A stretch of 64,000 nucleotides of DNA from Candidatus Poribacteria bacterium. Its GTDB lineage: Bacteria; Poribacteria; WGA-4E; WGA-3G. The first letter of the stretch is position 1, and the number at the start of each line of letters is the position of its first letter. A program made the position numbers and the translations under genes. A model generated the notes under the pieces. That model searched no databases and was not told where the DNA came from. It saw nothing but the letters and a program-made list of their open reading frames with translations. Below are positions 33,701 through 41,069 of the stretch, in pieces. The DNA is taken from contig CBDANF010000003.1 in NCBI GenBank assembly GCA_965197475.1, forward strand, positions 1,376,001 through 1,440,000. The letters run 5' to 3'.

Positions 33701-36700
33701 CAATCCTAATTGATGGAAAACCGGGGTCAACTGTTTACGTAAGTAGGTCTATACTTAAAATAGTTGCAACAATTGCTGATTCTATCGGTGTCGGTGTGTC
33801 GTTAGGAGACGGAGGCTCAAATATCGTCGTCACCAATGCTCAAGGTCTTCAGGTGAACGGTGTTACCACCTCCAATGGAACGAATCAATTGACGTGGACA
33901 CCCACACCACTCCCAACAGATGGAAGTGCTGATGGACAATATACAGTTGCTGTCACGCCAGTAGATAAAGCCGGACGCTCTGGCACAGTTGTCAACCGGC
34001 AGTTTATTTATGATACACAAGCACCCCGTATTACAGCTGCTACACCGCTAACAATGCATGCACCTATATCTTATATTGGTGGAGGGTTGAATCAGTTTGT
34101 TCTCACTATTGAAGATGTGGGACCAGCGGGTCTCGTTTTAGCCTCTCAAGTTGTAGTCCTGATGGATGCTACAGGAAAACCTGTTTCCGCCGCAATGACG
34201 TACGATGAACTAACAGACCAACTATATCTAACGCTTTCCAAACCCTTCGCTAACGACGGAAGTGTAGATGGCACTTACACACTAAACGTACTCCTGATTG
34301 ACAAAGCGGGTAATCGCACGAACTCTCGATTCACGTTGGTTTACGATTCTAAAGCCCCGCAAGTATCGTTAGTTCAGGTAAACACTGCAGGGACTCCTAT
34401 GGACCTTGTCCCGAACCAAGTTGCTGAACTCTCTGAATCTATTAGCACTATCACACTTAAGTTTGAAGAATCTACCCGGGTTGACTTTGCAAATACTGCT
34501 TTGTCATTGATCGGGCCCGACGACCAAACAATCCCTCTCACCAGAGAAGATGATGGTGTCTCTCAACTGACATTAAGTTTTGTTGACCTAACACAAAGCG
34601 GTCAGTATACTTTCTCAGTGACACCACAAGATGTCGCAGGGAATGCTGCACAAAGTCCAATAGAATTCTCGTTTAACCTTGAGTTCATCCTACCAACCGT
34701 AGAGTCCGTTATTATCGGAGATACTGTCACGTTGGGAAGTGGAGACATTGCTTATGTCAATGCAGACAACATAGTAATTGCGGCGAACTTACTTGACCCA
34801 GCAAGCACAGGGTTATCTTTTGATAGCACCACGGGATCAGACCTCTTAGTAGCGACCCTTGATGGAATAATTGTTCTGGGGGCTACTGCCACAAATGGAA
34901 CTGACCTAATTATTTGGCGACCATTAACACTTTCCACAGATGGTAGTTCCGACGGTAGATACGCTGTATATGTCACACCTGTTGATAAAAAAGGACGTGA
35001 AGGCAATACTATCTATCGAGAGTTCGTTTTTGATACGCAAGAACCGGAAATAACGGATGCTAATCCGATCAACTTGAGTCAGCCGGTTTCTTATATCAGC
35101 GAGAGTTTAACCCAACTCCAATTCACACTTCAGGACGTTGGTCCAGCAGATTTAACACTTGCTGACCAGAAAGTTAGTCTGCGAAATCAAGGTGGATCTC
35201 TGATTCCCACAAAACTAACGAATGATACGAACAATCAACTCTTCCTCACACTTGATGAACCACTACCGCTTGATGGTAGCAAAGATGGGAAATACACTGT
35301 CGTTATTGCGTTCTCAGACAAAGCGGGAAATGTGCTTTCTGTTGAGCATCCAATAGTATATGACACACAAGCCCCCACACTTGTCAGCACAGTACCCGCT
35401 GACGGTGCCCTACTCACCGAAGACATAACGCAGATACAAGTAAATCTGAATGATAAAGGTGAAAGTGGTATAGACTGGTCGCTCACAACAGTTACGTTAG
35501 TTGATCCAAACGGCGCGGAAATTTCAGGCGAAATTACCAGTAATGGCAAAACGCAGTTGACACTTAACACGAATCAACTTGTGGCAGATGGACGATATGT
35601 TATCCGTGTTCAAGCCATTGACAGAGCAGGGAACGGAAGTCAATCCGTTTTTGAACGTAGTTTCCTACTTTCCAGACGCTTACCCGCCATCATCTCTACC
35701 TCACCGAGTACTGCGCCTAAGGATGAAGCGTTTACAAATGAAAAAGTTGATCAGATTGATGTACTACTTGAGACGATAGATGAACGTCATCTTTCAACAC
35801 TTCGCTTGTTGAATGCTGCGGGTCAAGTTGTCGCGGGACAGCAGTATCGAGAACCAAACAAGTTGATCTATAGATTGGTTCGTCCGCTTGCAACAGATGG
35901 GTCAGAAGATGGTTTATATACTATTGAATTCACGCCAATTAGTGCATCTGGTCGAAGCGGTGCAGTCCAAAAATTAGTTTTCGTCTACGATAGGCAAGTC
36001 CCTGAAATTAATCCTGATGGGATTCACCTCATCGTAGCGGAACCTGAGGTAAATAATTCACTGACTGAAATTCGCGTGGATCTTACCGACAACCAAGCCG
36101 GAATTGACTGGGAAAACCTTGATGAAGAATGGTTGACCTTTGAACAGCTTTCACCTAACGCAACTAAAATTGCTGGGCGGGTGTCTTATGAACAAGACAC
36201 CCTTATCTTCCGACTTACTGTTCCACTCGCGGACAACGGTTCGGCAGATGGGGAATATCAAATTACCGTTAATCCCATAGACAAAGCAGGAAACGGAGAT
36301 GAAACTTACGAAAAGGTATTTACCTACGATGCAAGTCCACCAGTGATTGACCCCAACTCTCTGCTAATTAATGATGCACCACTGCTCACCGATATTGATG
36401 CAGAAGATTACCCAAACGCAATATCAACAACTGGTGGTGTTGTCATCCAAGCAAGTGTCACTGACACAGGGTTAGGTGTTAATCTATCACAGTCGAGGAT
36501 AGTTATCAGAAATCCTAATGGTCAAGAAATTTCCGGCACCACTAGACAGAACGGTGTGGATACCATTAGTTTCAAATCGGATGGTTTGAATATAGAAGGA
36601 ATCTATCAAGTTACGATTACCGGTACTGGAAATGACTCAGAACTGCTCGGATTCGCACCTAAGGGTTCAATTACAACCGCATTCCTTTATGAAACAACAT

Positions 36701-37395
36701 CCCCTACTGCACTTGTAACAAACGATGGCGGGAAAACTGAGCTCACTGATGAAGCACTACCTTTAGAGGGTGCGGCTGCTGACCCGCAAGGCACACGCCG
36801 AGCTGGACCACAACAAGAAGGTGAAATTCCGGTGCCTGCATCTGGCGTATGGTTGGTGGAAATCGTAGGAACCGGTCCTGATGGACAACCTATTGAACCT
36901 GTCCCCACTGAGGATGAAAGCAATGCGCAAGAGCAACCATGGAGCCGCTGGTCAGTAGACTTCCTTCCAGCACGATCAGGTGAATACGATTTGGATCTCC
37001 GTGTCACAGACAAGGCAGGAAACTTCACTGTTTATGATATCGGAGAATATACGATGTCGGTTTCCTTCTCCTTCCGAGGAAAGACTTTCGGATGGCCGAA
37101 CCCATTACGGCATTCGAAAAACGATGTCGCATTCTTTTCCTTTGATCTAAATGCTTCAGCGGACGAGACAGTGGAATTGGTGCTGTATATCTATGACTGG
37201 AGCGGTGACATGGTTTACTCAAAAACATATACAGATATTACACCGGGGCAGCGGAATGATACACAGATTAAATGGAATTTGGAAAACCAAGCTGGAACCC
37301 CAGTAGCGCGCGGCCTTTACGTGTTCCGTTTAGAAGCAGTTAATGGAGCAGGAAATCGCGCCAATGCCGTCGGCAAGATACTTGTCGTTGACTAA
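21784..37395 (+). CDS. Giant secreted Ig-like repeat surface protein (5203 aa) with FlgD-like N-terminal domains and T9SS-like C-terminal domain
   Basis: Signal peptide (SPAWA). About 40 beta-rich ~110-aa modules ending (A/P)xD(K/I)AGN...YDTQAP. C-terminus WPNP...IYDWSGDMV...WNLENQAGTPVARGLYVFRLEA...GKILVVD. Confidence 0.92.
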   Translation: MSKIKNSFSVLYHNKKKSTLPFGFYWAPFLIFQLFVALLVIQSPAWAGLVPNSLKVDANGDSIFNGDNEKLTISFTTDNVEQEYTYEIKLDDGRKIAEGPNTDAGQKLSKNQTVKVIWDGKIGNDQLPDGDYKIKVFLTLIDSDGNPLIDSEDNSLDPISSKEKEVTLDTKAPELSISIDAKEFSRILEDRFPIHYSGLDEDVAEAWLELQKIIGGDPIKRAIEPNELSKEGGIYYWDGKDNNSKPFFDGQYTLQLWVKDRGGNVIGSNKIETITIDSADNAAPTLESVATDKGKFITPGSGISGEMSFVEAILEDNIELNLDDSTIRLIGPSGSPVLGQQTRPADNKIRWQLLSPLLAKDGLQDGQYTIEIVGADKAGNRTSPIQISFLFDNLAPELVSLKPTRDGEAFNILGDTVYYNLPLNQFVATFNDGESGTGVTFAGGEEISRIVFGTPNADGGVNAISGRAFPDRNNSVLTYILDAPLLKSDGSQDRNYTLNVKAADPLGNTKTYTYRIIYDTQVPTLASTVPVVNQTVSNLSQVVVKLNETTSGVNFVNSTFRLTHSTGETQVEVPVNMTSNGADTATLTLLQPIALDGSDDGTYTIEVTPTDLAGNMGAVVRRQFYLVSQTQPQVKLTAPSIGTVNSLDSVTVEIDNYIGSGINFDASTISVRNAQGLIVPQAKVESDATNNQLTWSTEATIPRNGTADGEYTITATFVDFSGRRFTWRFPLLLDTQFPAINKVQVITDPQQQLSHNSATNIAETFSQVTVEFDKTDIDFENTIVSLTGPDEAHIALHRSNDGDTVLTLNFPNLSQSGTYTLAVTPQDRIGNVSENPFVYRFRLDIGVPVVTTVLIDGQSSAVAYVNGTASDITATLVDTTGTGLAFGEGESSIVVTSVVGLPVPGITTTNVENQLVWRPIALPDDGSVDGRYTVAVTPVDKAGHTGDVAYRAFIYDTQVPRITAATPVTLHQPISYIGGSLTQFQFTIEDVGPALLELDDQTIGFSKQSGEPVPGQITHDGSNQLFFTLSAPLPTDGSADGEYTLTVNLIDKAVNPYQVEHNIFYDSQAPRLSTVSLNTETPLNLTPYQVTDLSESINKLTLNFAEATRVDFENTMITLMGPDGSAIPLTLENNGIDQITASFVSLTQGGLYTLSVTPQDITGNAAQGAVPYPFRLKFEVPDLTSVKANTANASLELIQHEIIDISETLRSLTLEFTDATRVDFENTRVVLTGPGGQEILVTQESGDDSQLMVRFVSLTQSGLYTLSVSPQDVAGNVAQSPVRYQFRLDIALPIVSSILIDGKLGTNVYVNNANTDIVVTFTDATGVGLALGDNGSTIVVTGAEGLPVSSIITSNGTNQLTWTPTALPTDGSADGRYTVTITPIDKSGRSGTVVNRHFIYDTQAPRITASTPTTLHQPISYIGGSLTQFEFTIEDVGPALLDLDDQTIEFKKTEGEVVAGQITHNGFNQLFFTLSAPLPTDGSADGEYTLTINLVDKAGNPYQIEHNIFYDSQAPQLSAVSLNTETALDLTPYQVTDLYESINKLTLNFVEATRVDFTETVIMLIGQDGSSISLTLENNGIDKITASFVTLTQGGLYTLSVTPQDIAGNVAQGAVLYPFKLVFKVLGLASVKANTAKASVELIQHEIVEISESVNGFTLEFTDTTRVDSENTRVALTGPNGQEIPVTQEDNDSAQLVVRFASLTQNGLYTLAVTPQDITGNVAQGPVLYPFRLQFKVPGLSSVKANIGDVSLDLIPYEIVEISESFSSLTFEFTDAARIDFASTRVTLTGPNGQEIPVTQEDNDSTQLVVRFVSLTQSGLYTLAVTPQDKAGNVAQSAIRYQIRLEIALPMVSSVLIDGQIGATIYANNADTSIIATFTEPTDAGIDLGDGGSTIVVANAEGILVPGIITSNGTNQLTWTPTAFPADGSADGRYTVTITPIDKSGRSGTVVNRQFIYDTQAPHITSATPVTLHQPISYIGGSLTQFQFTVADVGPASLDLDDQIIGLNNKNGEAVPAQITHDGTDQLFFTLSAPLPTDGSADGEYTLTVNLVDKAGNPHQVEHHIFYDSQAPRLSTVSLSTETPLNLTPYQVTDLSESINKLTLNFIETTRVDFENTVVTLIGPDNSPIPLTLENNGVDQLTASFVSLTQGGLYTLSVMPQDIADNVAQGSVPYQFRLEFQVPGLSSVKANTAEASVALIQHEIIEISESVSGFTLEFTDTTRVDFENTGVALTGPNDQEIPVTLEDDDGSQLMVRFVALTQNGLYTLAVTPQDRTGNVAQGVALYQFRLQFKVPGLSSVKANTEDASLELVPYEIVEIVESVRSLTLEFTDATQVDFKNTSVALTGPNDQEIPVTLEDDDGSQLVVRFVSLTQSGLYTLSVTPQDIAGNVAQGAVPYPFRLKFEVPGLASVKANTVDRSLELTSYEITDISESINSVTLEFTDAMRVDFQNTSVTLTGADGQEIPVTLENDDDSQLVVRFVSLTQSGLYTLSVTPQDIAGNVAQGAVPYPFRLKFEVPGLASVKANTVDRSLELTSYEITDISESINSVTLEFTDAMRVDFQNTRVTLSGPDGQEIPVTSEDDDDSQLVVRFVSLTQSGLYTLSVTPQDIAGNVAQGAVPYPFRLKFEVPGLASVKANTVDRSLELTSYEITDISESINSVTLEFTDAMRVDFQNTSVTLTGADGQEIPVTLENDDDSQLAVRFVSLTQSGLYTLSVTPQDIAGNVAQSAIRYQFRLDIALPIVSSVLIDGKLGTNVYVNNANTNIIATFTEQTDARIDFGNDGSTIVVTNAEGVLVHGIITSNGTNQLTWTPAALPTDGSADGRYTVTITPVDKSGRSGTVVNRHFIYDTQNPRITATTPATLHQPISYIGGSLAQFQFTVVDVGPASLDLDDQTIGFKKKSGEAVSGQITHDGTDQLFFTLSTPLPTDGSADGEYTLTVNLVDKAGNPHQVEHHIFYDSQAPRLSTVSLSTETPLNLTPYQVTDLSESINKLTLNFIETTRVDFKNTVITLIGPDNSPIPLTLENNGVDQLTASFVSLTQGGLYTLSVMPQDKAGNAAQGAVQYPFRLKFEVPGLASVKVNTADASLELTSYETTEISETISSLTLEFTDAMRVDFQNTSVILTGADGQEIPVTLENDEGSQLVVRFVSLTQSGLYTLSVTPQDKAGNVAQGAVPYPFRLKFKVPGLASVKANTTKASVALIQHEIIEISETISSLTLEFTDATRIDFQNTSVTLTGPNGQEIPITFEDDGSQLMVRFVPLTQGGLYTLSVMPQDKAGNAAQGAALYQFRLQFKVPGLSSVKANTADASLELTSYETTEISETISSLTLEFTDAMRVDFQNTSVALTGPNDQEIPVTLEDDDGSQLVVRFVSLTQSGLYTLSVTPQDIAGNVAQGAVQYPFRLKFEVPGLASVKANTADASLELTSYETTEMSETINSLTLEFTDATRVDFQNTSVTLTGADGQEIPVTLENDEGSQLVVRFVSLTQSGLYTLSVTPQDKAGNVAQGAVPYPFRLKFEVPGLASVKANTTKASVALIQHEIIEISETISSLTLEFTDATRIDFQNTSVTLTGPNDQEIPITFEDDGSQLMVRFVSLTQSGLYTLIVIPQDKVGNAAQGAALYQFRLQFKVPGLSSVKANTADASLELTSYETTEISETISSLTLEFTDAMRVDFQNTSVALTGPNDQEIPVTLEDDEGSQLVVRFVSLTQSGLYTLSVTPQDKAGNVAQGAVPYPFRLKFEVPGLASVKANTADASLELTSYETTEISETINSLTLEFTDAMRVDFQNTSVTLTGADGQEIPVTLENDDDSQLVVRFVSLTQSGLYTLAVTPQDIAGNVAQGAVPYPFRLKFEVPGLASVKANTTKASVALIQHEIIEISETISSLILEFTDATRINFQNTSVTLTGPNDQEIPITFEDDGSQLMVRFVSLTQSGLYTLIVIPQDKAGNTAQNAIRYQFRLETALPTVNSILIDGKPGSTVYVSRSILKIVATIADSIGVGVSLGDGGSNIVVTNAQGLQVNGVTTSNGTNQLTWTPTPLPTDGSADGQYTVAVTPVDKAGRSGTVVNRQFIYDTQAPRITAATPLTMHAPISYIGGGLNQFVLTIEDVGPAGLVLASQVVVLMDATGKPVSAAMTYDELTDQLYLTLSKPFANDGSVDGTYTLNVLLIDKAGNRTNSRFTLVYDSKAPQVSLVQVNTAGTPMDLVPNQVAELSESISTITLKFEESTRVDFANTALSLIGPDDQTIPLTREDDGVSQLTLSFVDLTQSGQYTFSVTPQDVAGNAAQSPIEFSFNLEFILPTVESVIIGDTVTLGSGDIAYVNADNIVIAANLLDPASTGLSFDSTTGSDLLVATLDGIIVLGATATNGTDLIIWRPLTLSTDGSSDGRYAVYVTPVDKKGREGNTIYREFVFDTQEPEITDANPINLSQPVSYISESLTQLQFTLQDVGPADLTLADQKVSLRNQGGSLIPTKLTNDTNNQLFLTLDEPLPLDGSKDGKYTVVIAFSDKAGNVLSVEHPIVYDTQAPTLVSTVPADGALLTEDITQIQVNLNDKGESGIDWSLTTVTLVDPNGAEISGEITSNGKTQLTLNTNQLVADGRYVIRVQAIDRAGNGSQSVFERSFLLSRRLPAIISTSPSTAPKDEAFTNEKVDQIDVLLETIDERHLSTLRLLNAAGQVVAGQQYREPNKLIYRLVRPLATDGSEDGLYTIEFTPISASGRSGAVQKLVFVYDRQVPEINPDGIHLIVAEPEVNNSLTEIRVDLTDNQAGIDWENLDEEWLTFEQLSPNATKIAGRVSYEQDTLIFRLTVPLADNGSADGEYQITVNPIDKAGNGDETYEKVFTYDASPPVIDPNSLLINDAPLLTDIDAEDYPNAISTTGGVVIQASVTDTGLGVNLSQSRIVIRNPNGQEISGTTRQNGVDTISFKSDGLNIEGIYQVTITGTGNDSELLGFAPKGSITTAFLYETTSPTALVTNDGGKTELTDEALPLEGAAADPQGTRRAGPQQEGEIPVPASGVWLVEIVGTGPDGQPIEPVPTEDESNAQEQPWSRWSVDFLPARSGEYDLDLRVTDKAGNFTVYDIGEYTMSVSFSFRGKTFGWPNPLRHSKNDVAFFSFDLNASADETVELVLYIYDWSGDMVYSKTYTDITPGQRNDTQIKWNLENQAGTPVARGLYVFRLEAVNGAGNRANAVGKILVVD
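24300..35370 (+). repeat. Hierarchical intragenic tandem repeats (336-bp unit; 1005-bp three-unit super-period)
   Basis: Identical shadow ORFs at 28914/29250/29586 (336 apart) and near-identical ones at 31257/32262/33267 (1005 apart). Module order is (A-B-C-Dn). Confidence 0.95.
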
Positions 37396-37432
37396 GGCTT
37401 CAAAAACGGAAAAACCGAAAAGGAGACAAATA

Positions 37433-38404
37433 ATGCACAAAAGTGTAGTTGTAGCAGTTCTAATCATAACCGTACTGTTAACCGTACCCCAAAGTTTCGC
37501 AGTTGATATCCATGACAGCGCAGGCACTGCTGGTGCAGCATTTCTCAAAATTGAACCGGGAAGCAGACCCGTTGGAATGGGCGGTGCTTTCACAGGACTT
37601 GCCAACGATATTAACACTATCTTTTGGAATCCCGCTGGTTTAACTGCTGTCCACACACGAGAACTTACTGCGATGCAACACTTCTCATTTGTTGACATCA
37701 ACAATCAATCAATCGGATACGCGCAGCGCGCGAACCGATTCGTTTGGGGAGCAAGTTTCCTCGGAAGCTTTACTGAAATTGAGCGCAGAATCGGCCCAAC
37801 GGAAACCCCAGATAGCACCGTAACGGTAGGTGGATTTGCTACAGGTTTATCTCTCGCTTACCCACTCGGCACAACCGCTTCAATCGGTGGCACAGCGAAA
37901 TTAATATCACAGCAATTGGACATTCAGAACATCTACGGTGTCGCTGCAGACCTCGGTGTAATCTTACGTCTAATAGACAATCACCTCGGTATCGGAATTA
38001 CTGTGCAAAATGCCGGCGTGTTGAGCGGTGAGGAAAATCTTCCGATGGCACTTCGCGCTGGACTCGCTTACAGAACGTGGAAGCAAGCTAAAGCGGAAGA
38101 AAAAGAAGTGCTGCCGCCGCGTGAACTATGGGCATTCGTCGCTGATGCACATCTCCCACTCATTGACGCACACCCCAGTTTCCATATCGGTATTGAACGG
38201 TGGTTTTATGATATTGTTGCCGCACGCGTCGGTTATCGTATCGGTTTAAACGAAAATCCGAGCGATGGATTATCGATCGGTATCGGTGTACGCCGCGGTG
38301 GGCATGACTCTTTAGCAAATATTGATTTCCAATTCGATTACGCCTTCGTCCCCGATGCGTATGTCGGAAATTCACACAGAATTTCTGTTATCACACGGTT
38401 TTAG
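37433..38404 (+). CDS. PorV/PorQ-family outer-membrane beta-barrel
   Basis: AGGAG RBS, signal peptide, GAAFLKIEPGSRPVGMGGAFTGLANDINTIFWNPAGL family signature, C-terminal FDYAF...HRISVITRF. Confidence 0.9.
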   Translation: MHKSVVVAVLIITVLLTVPQSFAVDIHDSAGTAGAAFLKIEPGSRPVGMGGAFTGLANDINTIFWNPAGLTAVHTRELTAMQHFSFVDINNQSIGYAQRANRFVWGASFLGSFTEIERRIGPTETPDSTVTVGGFATGLSLAYPLGTTASIGGTAKLISQQLDIQNIYGVAADLGVILRLIDNHLGIGITVQNAGVLSGEENLPMALRAGLAYRTWKQAKAEEKEVLPPRELWAFVADAHLPLIDAHPSFHIGIERWFYDIVAARVGYRIGLNENPSDGLSIGIGVRRGGHDSLANIDFQFDYAFVPDAYVGNSHRISVITRF

Positions 38405-38454
38405 ACATAGATTGTAGACACAGTTTATTACACCTGCTGTATTACATCAAAAAA

Positions 38455-38481
38455 GTAGGCGCGGTTTAAAACCGTGCCTAC
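38455..38481 (+). repeat. GTAG-type REP-like palindrome (may act as bidirectional terminator)
   Basis: GTAGGCGCGGTTT-A-AAACCGTGCCTAC between convergent genes. Confidence 0.7.
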
Positions 38482-38527
38482 CAAGGGTTGTTACATATTT
38501 TCAGGTTTACTACAAGCGATTTCGTTT

Positions 38528-39646
38528 CTACCCACTCGCTTCAAGCATGCGTTCAATCGGCAAACGTGCTTTGTCAATCACTTCAGGGTCAAGCGTAACT
38601 TCGTATTCGGTGAGATCCTCACCACTGTCAATTGCTTCTAAGATGTTCGCAATCTTGTCTATTCGTACTTTTGCCATGTGGGAACACCGCACCGAACAGG
38701 CTGTCCAGAATTCTACTTTTGGAAATTCTTGTGACAAATTAGAGGTTAATTCACATTCAGAAGCGATAAACGCGCGTTCTAACTGATCTTCTGCTACGTA
38801 TGCAGCAATATCCTTCATTATTTGACTGGTACTGCCATAAAAATCAGCTTCCTTTAGAACATCCGGTCGGCATTCCCAATGTGCATATAATTTTCGTTTT
38901 GAATGTCCTTTCGGAATCTCAAATGATTCACGTACCGCGAGCAGATCCGAAAGTGTAAATCTCTCGTGAACTTCACAAACCGCACCGCGCGCTGTATTGT
39001 CTTTGCCGGGATAAACAACATTTTTCTCGCCCTTCAACTCTTCTTCTAAATTTTGTGCGAAGAAGATGTCTGGCACGAAAATTACGGTATCACCTGGCAT
39101 GGATTTGGCGATATGTACGGCATTCGCGGACGTGCAGCAGATATCGGATTCCGCTTTAGCATCTGCGTAACTATTGACATAAATCATTACAGGGGCACCG
39201 GGGTAGAGTTCTTTCAGTTCCCTCACATCTTCCGCGCCGAAGTTATCGGCAAGCGAACATCCCGCTGTCTTATCTGCTACTAACACCGTTTTGTCTGGAC
39301 TCAATATTTTCGCCGTTTCTGCCATAAACGGCACACCGTTAAAGATGAGGTGCGGTGCTTCTGTCTTCGCAGCGAACATACTCAGACCAAGCGAGTCACC
39401 TTGTTCCTCTTTTTCGGATAATCCAAAAACTAAAGGCTCCATATAGTTGTGACCTAACATCACAACATCATGCTTTTGTTTCAACGTTCGTATCTTATGT
39501 ATCGTTTTGGCATGTACCTCTATATCAAGAGACGTTAAACTCGGATGATGTCGGTTATATAACTCGTTTTTAACGTCCTCAAATGTCAGTTCCTTACTAT
39601 AATTCTGAGCATTTTCCACTTTGGGAGGTTTTCCCGTAGGATCCAT
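38528..39646 (-). CDS. nadA: Quinolinate synthase
   Basis: GHNY, GDSL, FMAETAKILSP, AGCSLA, YVNS, CCTSANA, CEVH, AHWEC, GSTS, C-terminal ARLPIERML. Confidence 0.95.
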   Translation of the reverse strand: MDPTGKPPKVENAQNYSKELTFEDVKNELYNRHHPSLTSLDIEVHAKTIHKIRTLKQKHDVVMLGHNYMEPLVFGLSEKEEQGDSLGLSMFAAKTEAPHLIFNGVPFMAETAKILSPDKTVLVADKTAGCSLADNFGAEDVRELKELYPGAPVMIYVNSYADAKAESDICCTSANAVHIAKSMPGDTVIFVPDIFFAQNLEEELKGEKNVVYPGKDNTARGAVCEVHERFTLSDLLAVRESFEIPKGHSKRKLYAHWECRPDVLKEADFYGSTSQIMKDIAAYVAEDQLERAFIASECELTSNLSQEFPKVEFWTACSVRCSHMAKVRIDKIANILEAIDSGEDLTEYEVTLDPEVIDKARLPIERMLEASG

Positions 39647-39870
39647 GCTAATCACGCTCCAAGTCATTTGCTAATAAAATGGTGAAGGGATTTACCCAAC
39701 ATTACTGTACGCAACCCAAGTATATAACTTGATCCATATCCCAAATTAATGGGTGATACCTACAGAATCCATTTCTTAACGGTCTTCTTTATTCGTACTA
39801 GGATACTCGTAATCTACATTTTTGTCAAGGATAACACACAAAAACGCTAATATTTTGCCAAATTTTTAGT

Positions 39871-40431
39871 ATGAATGTAAAAAAAACGCTTTCTCTTATC
39901 CTTATCGCGTGTTTAATTTGGAATTTGAGTTTATCTGCGGAGGGTTTTTCGGTTAAACTTAGAGGAAAACTTGCCTTAGTTGGAATTCTTTCGGGGGTTG
40001 CATATTTGACACACGTGCTTGTCAAGCGGGACAAGCAGGTTGCGGAAACAATACAGTCACAACTCGGCACTCTTGAAAATATTATAAAAATTGAACGTGG
40101 GTTTAACCAGTGGAACGTTCATTACTACGGTGGACATTCCTATTTTTTCCTAAACAACCGTTTCATAAGGAAAAAGGGCAATAAAGCCTTTTTCCTTAAT
40201 CAAATATCTCCAGGCTTTACGGGGCAAGGTCTTTCAACTTATGATACCTCAAACTTGATCGGGTCATTTTCACCTTTTTTCACCGATACTTCTGTTTCAG
40301 TGAACCCCAGGTGGTTGTCACTTTATCCTTCACATCAACAGATAGTCCTTCCTCCTGCAATTCCCTATCTTCATCCGTTGGAAGACGAACGTTTGTCTGT
40401 CCTGCAGCAACTGCACCTACATTTGAGGTGA
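39871..40431 (+). CDS. Hypothetical exported/membrane protein (3' end overlaps convergent gene)
   Basis: Signal peptide and TM segment. The last ~150 nt overlap 40280-40957 on the other strand, so the 3' end is uncertain. Confidence 0.55.
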   Translation: MNVKKTLSLILIACLIWNLSLSAEGFSVKLRGKLALVGILSGVAYLTHVLVKRDKQVAETIQSQLGTLENIIKIERGFNQWNVHYYGGHSYFFLNNRFIRKKGNKAFFLNQISPGFTGQGLSTYDTSNLIGSFSPFFTDTSVSVNPRWLSLYPSHQQIVLPPAIPYLHPLEDERLSVLQQLHLHLR

Positions 40432-40957
40432 CAAAAATAGCGTCTAACTTCGCGGCATCTTCGCGTACAGCTATGCGCAAAACCGTCTCTCCAGGTTCAT
40501 CAAACTCCCATTCTCTGTCAACGTTTCCGGGATCTAACCAGGAATTAACACGATCCCAGTTCCACGCATTTTTTTCACCGATACTCCAGCGATAGTCAAC
40601 ATTTTGCGTTACTTGGGCATCTTCGTCTGGATCTGCTGGTTGCCACGTCACCCAAAACGAATCGCTATTGCCATCCCAAGCGAAAGCATGACCCCACAGT
40701 GCATATTTTCCCTTTTCAGGGATGTTGATTTTGAATTCTGCCCAACCTTGACCGAGACCGCCTGTTGCGGGTTCACCTTCCATCCAGATGTATTTTCCAT
40801 CAGATGCCAGTTCATCATCTGCAATTACCATCGGTGCCTGAATTGTATTTGCCAACTCCGCTTCAAGTGCGATTTCAACATCAGCTTCAAGTGCCACAGA
40901 TACTAATAAAAACGCTCTAACTATAAGCATTGAAATAATTATACCGTATTTCATCAA
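40280..40957 (-). CDS. Secreted beta-sandwich (CBM-like) protein with Poribacteria-type C-terminal motif
   Basis: Signal peptide, LEAE, GKYALW, NSDSFWV, REDAAKLD, ending SVDVKDKVTTTWGSLK; AAAGGAG RBS. Confidence 0.85.
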   Translation of the reverse strand: MMKYGIIISMLIVRAFLLVSVALEADVEIALEAELANTIQAPMVIADDELASDGKYIWMEGEPATGGLGQGWAEFKINIPEKGKYALWGHAFAWDGNSDSFWVTWQPADPDEDAQVTQNVDYRWSIGEKNAWNWDRVNSWLDPGNVDREWEFDEPGETVLRIAVREDAAKLDAIFVTSNVGAVAAGQTNVRLPTDEDRELQEEGLSVDVKDKVTTTWGSLKQKYR

Positions 40958-41069
40958 AAACTCCTTTCTGTTTAAGATATATCGGGTTTTAGGTAGAGAA
41001 ATTGTGGAAGATTATCTCTACCTAAAGAAGGATTCAATCGTTCCTACCAAATAGGACTAACTAAGTTAA

